Assembly: GCA_002633005.1 (NCBI GenBank)
Contig: NMRA01000063.1
Span: forward strand, 479,081-540,923
Length of the DNA stretch: 61,843 nt
Origin: Phoronis australis
Taxonomy: Eukaryota; Animalia; Phoronida
Direction of reading: 5' to 3'
The position numbers and the translations under genes were made by a program. Below are positions 39,755-52,373 of the stretch, piece by piece; positions within the stretch are counted from its first letter, which is position 1; each line of letters begins with the position of its first letter. The notes under the pieces are model-generated. The model saw only the letters and a list, made by a program, of their open reading frames with translations, was not told the DNA's origin and made no database searches.

Positions 39755-40974
39755 CAAAGAAAAGACACTTTCCTGTGTTTCAATGCCCCGTCACATGGCT
39801 TTTCACAATTCTCCTCTTTTAGAACTTGTTTGTGTGCCATTTTGAGCCGCAGGCACACGGAAGTATTCTTTAAGTTTATGTGTTTTTGATACGCGAGAGT
39901 GAAGTAACACAAAACTGGTTCTAACACTTCTGTATGTGGCACTTGCTTTATAAGTAAACCGGTTTGTGATGTTTCCGGTGTCTGATGGCCTCGTGATTAA
40001 AGTCAGTGACTTTGAATACCGTACTTTGAGTTTGTCTGAGGCCATGTTTATTCAGGGGGGAATTTTTGACCTGATGAGGGGAATTTTGCGTGATTTTTTA
40101 AAATATTTTTGAGAGACGAATGGTGCCGATATTCAGCCCCAACTTCATGCAATCATAGACTGTAGATAGGGGCTGCCAATTGTCGTCAGAGCGCATTGAG
40201 CAAGATGCGAACCTGGGACATAAGCAATGGTGATGAGAGGATGCTGTGGATGGAAAGAACAAAATTTCCGGTTTTACGAATGTTGCAGCTGATGGCTGTC
40301 CCGCGTTTGAAGATCTGCTTAGAACTGTAATTTTTTGAAGTTTTTTGAGATTTGTAAATTTAAGTAAAATGTGTATATTGTTCTCTCCCATGTCATTTAA
40401 AAACATTCACAAGACCAAGATAATTCAGTTATGTTATTAGTTATACTGTCTTAACATGTATTTATGGTGGGATTGAGGGCCCTGAAAATGCACAAGCAAC
40501 ACCCAATAAGATTGGAGTATGGCAACCAAAGTTTGACCTGAATTGACCGCCAGAGAAAACAAAATACTTTCGAACCAAGTTGTTCTTTGTCTTAAATCGT
40601 CAAGTTTGCAACAAACGTCACGGGCAAAGAGCGCAAATTCTGTCAACACTATTTCCAGAAATGAATCGGGCAAAAGTCTGGACGTAAAATCAATCGGGCA
40701 TTCTAACAAAATTTCTGGTGAGTTAAAAGTAATTCGAATCTCTAAGGGAATGTTTTAATCACTTGAGTGAAATTTTTGGGCCTCATAAGGGGAGTTTCAC
40801 ATGATTTTGAACAGATGCCAATCAAAGCAGTATATTGTCAAAAAAAGTATTTGCTTGTTTTATAGAAAAAGCAAAGTAAACAACTGTGACACAAGCATCT
40901 TCATACATGATGGTTAGCCCATGGAAGTCAATGCAAAGTAAACAACTGACACAAGCATCTTCATACATTTTGGA

Positions 40975-43900
40975 CGCTAATTTTTAATGAATTCTCTTGG
41001 TTTATTTTTTGTGGTACTTTTGAGATAATACCCTGTTTTTGCGTTGTAGATAAATCTCCTTTATTGATACCTTCGTCAAAAGATCGGAACAAACAGTATT
41101 TAAGTTCTGGCCAAAATTTTTTTCAAAATTCTACTGTGAAGCCATCAGGGCCAGGACTTTTGTTGTTTTTTAAATATTTCAGAGTTACATGAATTTCCTC
41201 CAAAGTGATAAAGTTTTCAAGTTCGACTCGGTTAGACTGGTTCAATTTAGGCATTAGGCACGATGCCAAAAGTTCATTTAAATTAACATCAACAAGGTCG
41301 CCGTCTTTACTGGAGTATAAATTTTTTTAAAAGATACGAGAGGATAGCGGATTATTCCTTGGTAACAGAGTTATTGGAGCTTTGTAGCTTAGTTACATTC
41401 TTATTCACAAAATTTCGTTTTTCTAATGTACAAAAATATTTTGTTGGTTTTTCACCATTTTCAACCCAGTTGGCTCTTGATCTGGCCATTAACTCCATGA
41501 ATGTATTCTCTGCGATAATCCTCATATTCTGACTTCTTATTTTCCAATAGAACAGCAATTTTAAGATCATTACTCTCATTGAACCTATCTTGTAAGGACA
41601 TTAACTGTTCTTCCAGGTCTTTTCCTTTTCTATTTTTTTCTTTTTTTAGAGATACAATATGGAATCGTTACCGTTTGAATATTTAACAATAACATCTCCA
41701 AAAACAATTGATCAGATCTATAAAACTGAAGATTATCAGAGTCAATTTCTTGTATTTTTGTTCAAATCGTATACTGGAAGAGCATATTGTTTTTTCGTAC
41801 CAAAATCTCATTCTTGACAAGATTAATATATTCTTTGTCTTTTAGCAGTGAGTTATTAAATTTCCAAAACCTTGGTCCTTTTTATGCGCCCACATATTTA
41901 TATGTGGACGCATTATGCCGTCATCTCCGTCCGTCCGTCCGGGCGGCGTCCGGCGTCCGCTGCTCTATCTCCAAAACCCTTTGACATACGTTCATGAAAT
42001 TTGGCACATATGTTCCATTCATGAATGGGACGGCACATGCGAAATTGTGGACGAATCCGACTACCGGTGTGCCCCCTAGTGGCAATTTTAGTTTTTTATG
42101 CTTACCTTTGTATCTTCAAAAGTCCTGAACGGATTTTCGCGAAATTTGGTATGTAGGCACCTATTAGTGAGATCACGCCATCCTCCCGTTTTCAGATGGA
42201 TTCGACATAGTTTGCGCCACCTAGTGGCCATTTTTAGTGTTTTCGAGTCTGTTTTTGTGCGTCCACCCCTCTATCAACCAAACCGCTCAAAGGATGATTG
42301 TGAAAATTGGCATGTGTATGCTTACCATGTAGAGGATGGTTGACGATGATTTTCCGACAATTTTGACGACTGTGGCGCCTCCTAGTGGCAGTTTTGTTTT
42401 TTTTGCGCCTATGGCTGTATCTCCTAAACCGTACGCAGGATCTTTACGAAATTGTGTAAGTATATTTATATGATGTTAACAACGGAAGATGACGACTTTT
42501 GGACGGATCCGACTACCGGTGTGCCCCCTAGTGGCAATTTTAGTTTTTTACGCTTACCTTTGTATTTTCAAAAGTCCTGAACGGATTTTCATGAAATTTG
42601 GTATGTAGGCACCTATTAGTGAGATGACGCTATCCTCCTGTTTTCAGATGGATTCGACATAGTTTGCGCCACCTAGTGGCCATTTTTAGTGTTTTCGAGT
42701 CTGTATTTTTGCGTCCACCCCTCTATCAACCAAACCGCTCAAAGGATGATTGTGAAAATTGGCATGTATATGCTTACTATGTAGAGGACGGTTGACGATG
42801 ATTTTCCGACGATTTCGACTACTGTGGCGCCTCCTAGTGGCAGTTTTGTTTTTTTGCGCCTATGGCTGTATCTCCTAAACCGTTCGCAGGATCTTTACAA
42901 AATTGTGTAAGTATATTTATATGATGTTAACAACGGAAGATGACGACTTTTGGACGGATCCGACTACCGGTGTGCCCCCTAGTGGCAATTTTAATTTTTT
43001 TACGCTTACCTTTGTATCTTCACAAGTCCTTATTGGATTTTCATGAAATTTGGTATGTAGGCACCTATTAGTGCGATGATGCTATCCTCTCGTTTTCGGA
43101 TGGATTCGACCTAGTTTGCGACACGCAGTAGCCATTTTTACTGTTTTTTAGTCTGGTTTTTGGCGTCCACCCCTCTATCAACCAAACCGCTCTAGGTATG
43201 ATTGTGAAAATGGGCATGTATGTTCTTACTGTGAAGAGGACGGTTGACGCTGAATTTCCCATGACTTTGATTACTGTGGCGCCTCCTATTGGCAGTTTTT
43301 TTTTGCGACCATGGCTGTATCTCCCAAACCGTTTGCAGGATCTTTACTAATTTATGGTGGTAAATTTGTTTTTAATTCTATGTTTTTGTGGTGCTTTAAG
43401 CAACTGATGTATAGGATGTACTTGTATTATGGAGATCACTCACATTTTGCCCCTAGCCTATTGAGGAGACAATGACCATGCCAAAGTACAACGTACTACA
43501 TATATGCCCTCAACTGGCCACTTTATGGTACCAATAAACAACCCTAGAAGTATACCGTATACGGTGCAATTGTGGGCGCATTTCAACGCTCTGCGTTGCT
43601 CTTGTTTGAAAGTAATTAATTGTATAGTTAAGACGACATTGTTATTGTCATATCGGTAGCCCGACTGTATTTCCAACTTTTCGATACGCGAAAGTAATTG
43701 TTAGGTAACGAAGCAAATAATCTAACCTAGCTTTTTTAACTGGATTTGTCCTGGACCATGTAAACTTTTTCACTGAGGGGTGATAAACACGCCATGGGTG
43801 TCAGATCAAGAGCCACCTTCATCTCCAGCATTTGGTCACGCGCTTTAGGGTTATTTACAGAGATATAATTATGACAATCAAGGTAAAAATCTTGGACCAA

Positions 43901-45700
43901 ATTATAATCGCCACAAACAATAACAAAATCGTTATGGCGATTTTCTGTGAAATCTCATTAAAAAATTGAGGGCTATCTTTGTTTGGTCCATACATATTCA
44001 CCAACACAATAGAGAAACAGTTATTTACTTCAAGCTCTAGAATTAGGAGATTTCCTGCAGTATCCAAAGTAAAAGATAGAACTTGTAATTCAAAATTACT
44101 ATTAAACAAGATTGCAACACCCCTGGCATCACTTCGACCATGGCTGAAAAAAACAGTAAAGTGAGTATCTTGCAGGCAGAAAATTCTGAACGCACGCTGC
44201 CTTATATAATGGAAAACTTCTCTTTTTGATAGAGTTTCTAGACCTCTACAGTTAAAAGATGCAATTTTTAAATTGTTTGTCATACATAGATAATTAAGGC
44301 ACTTCTAAACTCAACCATACAACCTTGCTCATTAAGTACAAATGAATCATATTGTGTGTTCTAAACATCCTAAAAACAACCGAAACCACAAGAACACTAA
44401 AGCAATGTAAATAGTAAATTCTTCTAATGAAACATTCAGTGAAACATATCGACATTAAGTGTTCAATGGGTAGTAGACACCATTTAGTTAGCTGACGAGT
44501 GTACGTATGTTACCAATTGTACTATATTCATCAGTCACGGACAACTCGTAAATCGAACTGTGACCCATACAATGAAACAACACTAATCTAACAGCAAATG
44601 ATAATGGTACTTACACTACAAAGACGAGAAAGCAAAATATTAAAAAAAATAAAGACCTGGAAAAAACGAAGGACAAACAAAATGAAAATAAAAGAAATCG
44701 AGCATCCGATAAAGGACATGTTATTATATGTCTTAACCTTTCAAAATTATAAAAATTACAGGAGGACAATAGGGGCTCATAACTAATAGCTGAAAAGATT
44801 GGGCACAGAAAAAACAGGACCAAATACCTAAACTTTACTTACATGACCTTAGCCAGCACAAACACTAATCTATGAACAGCAGTTCGTTCAGTGCTCTGCA
44901 CGCCATCTTTCTCGAGTTCTTGATCACCACTATTCACTGTTGTCAACTGTATAGGTTTTGCTGTCAATTACCAATCGATCTCTATTTAGCCATACTTTGT
45001 TTACATGCAGGCACCGTCTCGCTGACTTGAGAAAAGGTATCAGATGCTTTCGATTGACAATGGTCTCATGTGGGAAGTCCTCATTCACAAAAATTTTCGA
45101 ACCTTGAAACTTTCTCTTTTCCATCCACACTTGTTGTTTATAGAATGAAAACTTAGCAATGATGGTACCTTTATCGCCACCAGTGGGGTGCACTCTTTCA
45201 AAGGAGATGTAGTTGAGGGCCATATATCGCTTTAGCACTATAGATAAACTATTCTCACACAACATTTTAGGATTGCAGGATCCCCACAAACACGAGATTG
45301 TTCCTTCTAGAATGCATTTCGAGAGATATGATTTTGGATTTCAAATACCCGTTTTCTTTCACCAACACAGCAATTTTCTCTACACACTGTTTGGAATTTG
45401 TTAAGGCTTCTTCCGCAGTGTTAAAGGCTAAGTTTAAAGATTGTTTTATGTGACTGAGTTCGTTTATAATCTCTTTATTAGACCTTTTTAACTCACTTTT
45501 TAATGATGAAAACCACTTGGGTTCATTCTCCAGGCACTTCCTCGCTGTCTTATGGCACAGCAGATGATGTGGCTCTTTTTGCAAGTCCCATTTCATGCAA
45601 CAAGGTGAAGTTAACTTTGAAAATTTACAGAGCAACAAAACTCATGTTTTGTGCAGGCGTTATTTTACCGAAAGTATTTAGGAAACTTAGCCGAGTCCCA
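40975..45700 (-). mobile_element. Decayed L1/Tx1-type LINE (ORF1 + endonuclease + start of RT), 3'-truncated, interrupted by a HINE at 41879-43607
   Basis: ORF1 coiled-coil, SRRNNLVFVGI and IFVNEDFP (44930-45638); EN LKIASFNCRGL, CLQDTH, RGVAIL, NMYGPN (43855-44283); GFWKFNNSLL, RSRANWVENGEKPT, SPGPDGFTVEF. Confidence 0.9.
41879..43607 (+). mobile_element. HINE/DINE-1-like non-autonomous Helentron, family 1 (best-preserved copy)
   Basis: 5' subTIR+IR hairpin atgcgcccacatat-tt-atatgtggacgcat (41884-913), (GTCC)n microsatellite, central ~451-bp tandem array, 3' subTIR tgtgggcgcat (43571-81), 3' stem-loop caacgc-tct-gcgttg, end ctcttgtt; inserted in a T run with no TSD. Confidence 0.85.
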
Positions 45701-45894
45701 ATATGAGACTGTTTCATGTTTCTGCCACAGGTCTCCACCTCCGGATGTCATCGAAAATGCTGTCAACATGTTGTTTTTAGTTCATAGGCACACCTCTTCA
45801 TTGATCCTCCTTTACAGCATGCCATATCAGCCAATGGATGTTCCAAAGGATTATAACACTTTAATAAACTAGTAAAATGTTGGAACTGTAAAAA

Positions 45895-46172
45895 TTTTCT
45901 TCCAGGGCACATCAACGCAACAAGTTTAGCTTCTAAAGGTGTTGTGGGTGTTTGAAATACATTTGGGTATTAATAGTGATTTCCTCTAGAGCACCTGAGC
46001 ATCAAACATTTAAATTCTAAAAGTGCTGTGGATATTTGAAACAAATTTGGGTATTTAATATTCATTTCCTTCAGAGCACCTCAACATCACATGTTTAGCT
46101 TCTGAAGGTGTTGTAGGGTGTTTGAAATATGTTTGAGCATTAATTTTCATTTCCTCCAGAGCATCTGAACAT
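45895..46172. repeat. Diverged ~85-bp tandem repeat x3-4 ending in the zf-GRF exon acceptor
   Basis: Recurrent ttcc(tc)cag-agcacct..acatc and ggtgttgt.ggtgtttgaaa. Confidence 0.75.
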
Positions 46173-46377
46173 TGTCCTATTTGAGCTCTCGAAGTTGCTT
46201 CACTCAGCCCTAGACAAGGTGGATATCTCCAGGTATGCTAGTACCAACACTGTGCTGAACTCTAACCCTGTTTGTCAGCATGGTCTGCCATCTAAAGTTG
46301 TACAGGTGAAAAAGCCAGGTGCCAATAAAGACCGGTACTTCTACGCATGTGCTGAGCCACGACAGCATCAGTGTAAG
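46160..46377 (+). CDS. ZGRF1: ZGRF1 exon with GRF-type zinc finger (EHLNIVLFELS...CQHG...VKKPGANKDRYFYACAEPRQHQCK)
   Basis: ccag acceptor phase 1, aag|gtaata donor; CxH...VKK.G.N.GRxFY.C...C zf-GRF pattern completed by FFKW in the next exon. Confidence 0.93.
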
Positions 46378-46523
46378 GTAATATGCTTGTTGAGTTTGTT
46401 TAAGTTTTTATTTGAAGTCTAACACTCTGTTGTCTATTTGACCTGTATACATTTGTTACGTTCAGCGTTTCATTTTACATTTTCCTTACCACAATATTGC
46501 ATTCCATTTTGATAAACTCAGAG

Positions 46524-46823
46524 TTATAGTTAGTGTCATACCCACTGTTGCTAATGACAACATATAGTTGGTGTCATACCCACTGTTGCTAATGACAACA
46601 TATAGTTAGTGTCATACCCACTGTTGCTAATGACATCATATAGTTAGTGTCATACCCACTGTTGCTAATGACAACATATAGTTAGTGTCATACCCACTGT
46701 TGCTAATGACATCGTATAGTTGGTATCATACCCACTGTTGCTAATGACAACATATAGTTAGTGTCATACCCACTGTTGCTAATGACATCGTATAGTTAGT
46801 GTCATACCCACTGTTTCTGATGA
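46524..46823. repeat. 38-bp minisatellite x~8
   Basis: tatagttagtgtcatacccactgttgctaatgacaaca. Confidence 0.95.
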
Positions 46824-47931
46824 CGTCATACCTTTCCTTTGTGGTGATGATGTGCCCACTGTTTGAGAAGATATACCCTCTGGTTCTTGCTTTTTGTGTT
46901 TGACCATGTGTTACGCTGACATACTTTAAATTAACATTATTGGCTACTTTGTCTTTGCAAGTGTTTAATTTGACCTTGTCAGGTACCACCATATTGAAGT
47001 TACTGCATGCACGAAATAACAGCAAAATGTTTGTTGCTATTTCAAGACCTCAAATAATGTTCTTAATGGAATTTTTTATTACCTTGATGTTGATTTTATG
47101 ATTGGGATACGGTTACTAGATAATTTATATTTTGGATTTCTAATAAATGTAGCCTGCCTCTTTGCTAGCCAGCCAGCTAGCTGTATGAAGACTACCGTCA
47201 AAATACAGCTAGTTACCACTGTGTGTTAATCTTCCATAGACCCCGCAATTGCACACAGCCTGAATAGTTCTGCTCGTCACCTCACCGTGAAACTTGTACC
47301 AACACGTGAAGCTGAAGATCGGAGGAGGTGCATGCAAAATCTGGGGAACAACCGACATTCACCTTGACCGTTACAGCCGTTTATTTAGTGAAAAACAATC
47401 TAATAAACGTCATTTTCTTGCGTAATCCTCCGCCTTTTCTAACAAAGAAAAGTTATGTCATCGTTTGGAAAACAGTATGCTTGTGACACGCAAACGTGCT
47501 ATTTTCTAAATTTTTGTGACATCTTTCGGGAGATGATGATAGCTTGGTTGCAGCTAAATTTCTTTTGAAATTTGGTATGCTGTTATCAAAATTCTAAATT
47601 TAACTTATAATGAAGTGAAACTAGTTCCAATAATTTGTTTGTTACGTGTATGCACCCTCGTGAAAGAACAACAGTTGATTGAATAATCGGCGAAAAAAGA
47701 AACTGGCCAATAGGTGACGCAATATTTCATGGCGCCGAAAGCTGACGCATAAGATCGTTCCACAACTTTAGCAGCAGAATAACGGTAGAATGCCAATTTT
47801 TCCAACACCGGTAAATCATTTAGTATACTCAAGGAAGGGTTTAGTTTTTAATGACACTAATTTTGTGTCAGATTTTATCTGGTCAGTTTTTTTACCCACA
47901 TCAACGCAAAGCTGTATCTTTAGTATACAGC

Positions 47932-48232
47932 TTTGTACCAAGGCTACTTCTGTGTACCAAGGCTACCTCTTTGTACCAAGGCTACCTTTGTGTACTGAGG
48001 CTACCTCTTTGTACCAAGGCTACCTCTTTGCACCAAGGCTACCTCTGCACCAAGGCTACCTCTTTGTACCAAGGCTACCTGTGTGTACTGAGGCTACCTC
48101 TTTGTACCAAGGCTACCTCTTTGTACCAAGGCTACCTCTTTGCACCAAGGCTACCTCTTTGTACCAAGGCTACCTTTGTGTACTGAGGCTACCTCTTTGT
48201 ACCATGGCTACCTTTTTGTACCAAAACTACCC
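47932..48232. repeat. 20-bp minisatellite x~15
   Basis: tttgtaccaaggctacctct. Confidence 0.94.
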
Positions 48233-48529
48233 CTTTGCTTGTGATACTTAATCATTATAAGGTCCATTTATAGTAACGTGGATAAGCCAGACTTTGCTTA
48301 ATTTGTACACTAAGTTCTGTAGCACACTTGTCCCAGTTCATACATTCAACTCTTGAGATAAGTCAAATTTTGCCCTACTCTTATAAAATCTCTCGGTCAT
48401 GTTGTTAACAGCTTACAATATGCAAGTTGTTCTGAATGTACATGTATTTCACACGTATGTCATTGTGAGGTCCTGTTGGATATAGCTTACAGCAGGCAAG
48501 TTGTTTTCATACATATGTCATTTTGACAG

Positions 48530-48709
48530 TTTTTCAAGTGGATGGACCAAGCCAAGTCCAGCTATGGTAACTTGCAGAAATCTGTGGTGGAACTGAGTGA
48601 CGCTAGCAGTATAGGAGGATACTTGAAGGGCCAGGGTGTGCCTGTTTACTGCGAGTGTATCCTGGTCAGGAGGGTGTTTGAGAAGAAGTGGACATCAAAC
48701 AAACTGGCG
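48530..48709 (+). CDS. ZGRF1: ZGRF1 exon (FFKWMDQ...LSDASSIGGYLKGQGVPVYCEC...)
   Basis: gacag acceptor phase 0, gtaact donor; FFKW completes zf-GRF. Confidence 0.88.
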
Positions 48710-48784
48710 GTAACTTTGCCTTATGTTCTCGCCGGACCATGGGAGAAATGATCTGAGTTGTAGCTCCATTGACAACACTCTGTA

Positions 48785-50240
48785 TACCGTATTTGCCCTA
48801 ATAAGCACCCATGCCCCTATAAGCGCCCCCCACGCATTTTCAGACTTCGCTAAAATAAGTGCCCAGCCTATAACGTATATATGCGAAAAAATGCCTTACC
48901 CACAATTCTAAAATTCTACAGTTTGCAACGTCCTCAATTTATCAATAAGATCCGACTGTCCTGAAAAAATCATTGTGTGCGGAATTGATAGACACGAGCC
49001 TCATTTCTATTTAGGCGTAACTATACACTTCAAACTTTGGCTGTGTTTCAAAAAAGAATGCAAAAGTTTTGCTGATCTTGCGAGGAACGTGTCCCACTAT
49101 GGTCTGGCCTTTCAGAGCAGATGCAGCCTACTTGTTAACGGAATTGTATTGTATCTTTCCAAAGCAGATCTCAAGAGGAATCCAAATTTCTTTGTAGAGG
49201 TGAAAACCGCGAATCAAAAGACTAATCAAAGCACGTGGCCAGGAAGCGTGCGATACATACATGCACCTGCCATGGAAGACATTAGTCTACGGGAACTACC
49301 TATTCATGAAACGGGTAGCATAGCATCGGCAAGAAATAAATTTTGGCACTTATTTCCAAAAGTCTGTAATACCATAAAAAAATTAGTTTTAAGATTAACT
49401 ATTTAATTAATCATAATTGGTGATTTTGATGTCAAAATGACCCACTGATAGCAAACACTTCCGCGCCCTTACACCCCGACTCTCCGGGAAAATAACTGTT
49501 AGACTGTTGAGCATTCCGTCATCTGGCGACTCAATGACATACCGACCTTACCGAGGCAATTCTTGAACATTTTTTAGCAGATGAGACCAGCAAGTGCTAA
49601 ATAAAACACGTTCTGCTTAATTGTATTAATTTCTTTAGTTACACTGCACACCTAGATTGTTACATTGTGTGTACTCTGGCAAATGAACTCTGATGACATG
49701 CACGCACTAGCTCACTCACACACATGCAGACGAACTTCAAAAAAACGTCACGTGACAACAAGATGTGTTCGTCCAGAGATTTTTCTCGTGTTGCGGGATA
49801 CGATCTAGCGCAAATTTGGACTTAATCTGCAGTTTATCTGATTTCGCAGGAATTTAAAAAACTTAGGGATGCTATTTGGAAAACTTAAGGAGGATTTCAG
49901 GTAATTTGTTGCGTCGAAACTGTATTTTTATTCAAGAATTCAAGTTTCCGTATCGACAATCGCGTGACAACGATGCATCAGTTGGCGATATTTCACCCTG
50001 GGATTTCAGCACAGTTTTCTGAGAAATGATCGTATTTTAACAATGAAGTTTGAGAGCAATGCACCACAGTTTTGTAGAAAGTCTTTCATAGGTTACAGAT
50101 ATCTCACAGAGCGTAAATTTGATGAATCCTAGCTTCCGATTTCACTCGTTTTGGAGACCGGGTTTCAGCCGCCTTTGGCTACAATAAGTGCCCGCCCAAA
50201 ACAAATTTTTGTAAGTGCCCTGGACGCTTACTAGGGCACT
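48785..50240. mobile_element. Degenerate Tc1/pogo-like non-autonomous element
   Basis: Left end taccgtatttgccctaataagc with ataagcgccc repeats; right end aataagtgccc repeats and partial TIR gcttactagggca. Confidence 0.55.
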
Positions 50241-51037
50241 GTGGCCAGAGGTCAACTGTGCTCATTTCTGGATTCAGCAACTTTGTTTTTCGGAAATTCT
50301 GAATCCCTTGACGAACTCTAGTTGTGGGCTTGACACCTACAGTACATGTCAAACGTATTTAGACAAAATGAAACAATTGGGGGCTTGAAACCTACAGTAC
50401 ATGTCAAAAGTATTCAGACAAAACAGTTGTGGGGTTGACACCTACAGTACATGTCAAAAGTATTTGGACAAAATGACACAGATTTCCCCTTCATGATGGC
50501 TGGATGGAATCCGAATTCATTCTTGGAGTAGTCTCCCTTTGTGACAGAATGAATAGAAATTAACAAGTAGGTTAGCAAGGTTACTACTGCATTCTGCAAT
50601 TAGACTTTTACCATTGTAATAGTTGTGCCAGCAAGGTTACTACTGCATTCTGCAATTAGACTTTTACCATTGTAATAGTTGTGCCAACCATTTTTGCTGC
50701 TAAAAGAATTAGGCATCATCATGGAGAAATAGTATTTATTTTGTCCGATTACTTTTGTCTTGTACTTTTACTGTAGGGTCTGTTGTCATTGTCAGAAACA
50801 AAAACATTACAGACAAACACCTAAATCTAGGTTCTGATAGTGTATTCAAATCTATTGCAACATACAGTGCTTGGAAATGTATTGGTGACAAAATTTTGAG
50901 TTGAAATCGCCAAGTACATTGTTTATTGTTTAACTTAAATAACTTCAGGTGGCATTGTTAAGTTAAAGAACTTCAGGTGGCACTGTTAAGTCTCAAATAC
51001 CCTATTGCTCAATTTTTCATTTTTTCTATTCAACTAG

Positions 51038-51125
51038 GAAAGTGCCTATCATCAAGACACAGCCCCAAAGAAATCCATGTATTTGAAGTTGACGAGAAAA
51101 GAATCTTCATCGACTTATTCCAAAG
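51038..51125 (+). CDS. ZGRF1: ZGRF1 exon (ESAYHQDTAPKKSMYLKLTRKESSSTYSK)
   Basis: Polypyrimidine tract + tag, G|gtaatt donor; YLKL.RKE.SS.YSK motif. Confidence 0.88.
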
Positions 51126-52373
51126 GTAATTCCTTTACTATTCACTGTGTTAAGCATAAAAATGAATATTGCTGAAAGTTTAACAGAGTTTACTTTGTGG
51201 TACTTATTTTATTTACTTTGTTTTAAACAGTGTTGTAGTTGTGGTTTTTCGTTGTCTTTATTTATTGTGTCTGTGTTAGTATTCTGATATTTCTGTTCTG
51301 TGATTGGGCAATGACCACCACTTGGTGCAGTGTTGTGCTTACACACTTATTGTGTAGATAACACTGATTTTGCATTTTCAAAAACTGAGAAATCCATTTA
51401 AGGAAGGATACTTCCAAGCTATATACAACAGGTAAATATTCCAGGATTTACCTTACTCATTTACCGATAATTTGCTACACGCCATGTTTATTTTTGTTTG
51501 TCATAACTGGAAATAGAACTGTCCCATCTTCAGACAAAATAAACAACTACTTGAACTTGTCCATTGCTAAACAGTCATATATTGCTTTGTGGTCAGTGTC
51601 TGTCGGTTAACGAATTCGATGGATTATATTCCCATTTTTTGTAATTAAAATCCATAAATATTAGAATTAATGTATCTACTATAGAAATATGTGAATTCTT
51701 CTGAAGGCACGGCACACATATTTTTGAGCTAGTAATTACTAGGTCATGTTGTTGCCAAGCACTGCCCTTGAGATGATGACTTCATAATGAATGTTAATAG
51801 TGAGGGGTTTAGAATGTGTATGGGAATATTGGTGCGTGACTTTCATGGAGAGTCCTGGTGAATGCCACATTATGGCCTGTTAACCACAATATTGATAAGG
51901 TCTAGCATGTAAATGTTGGTGGTAAACAGCACAACAACCATTTTGCATTGTGCGATATTGCCAGATTCATTACTAGCATAAAATAAGAATTGTGGACACA
52001 CAATTAGTGTTTCTCTGATATTGATGTGTTTAGTTATAGTCTTGTCAGATCATTGAATCACAAGTCATAAAACAGCAGGCCTTGGGGGATTTTGTTCGTG
52101 ATGGATTATGTATGATAATTGCAGAGAGACGAGTTAAGGCCACATTTCATGAGCATAAGTGGTTATACAAAGTGACCATATATGACTCTGAACATGTATA
52201 ATACTGTGTGTATTCTATGCATACACAGTAAACATCTTAACACAGTTGTACACAAGTCTAATTGTGTTTGTCCTGGGGTCTTGATGGCTCAGTGGACTAG
52301 ACCTCAGCATAGAGTATAGAAGTTCCCGATTCTGCGATGAAACCCATGTAATAGACTTCAGTGAAACTTTTAA

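Noticed and set aside
51402-51431. Possible micro-exon ending cag|gtaaat
   Set aside because: Flanking exons already join in phase to give the conserved YSK-DDLW motif, leaving no room for an insert.
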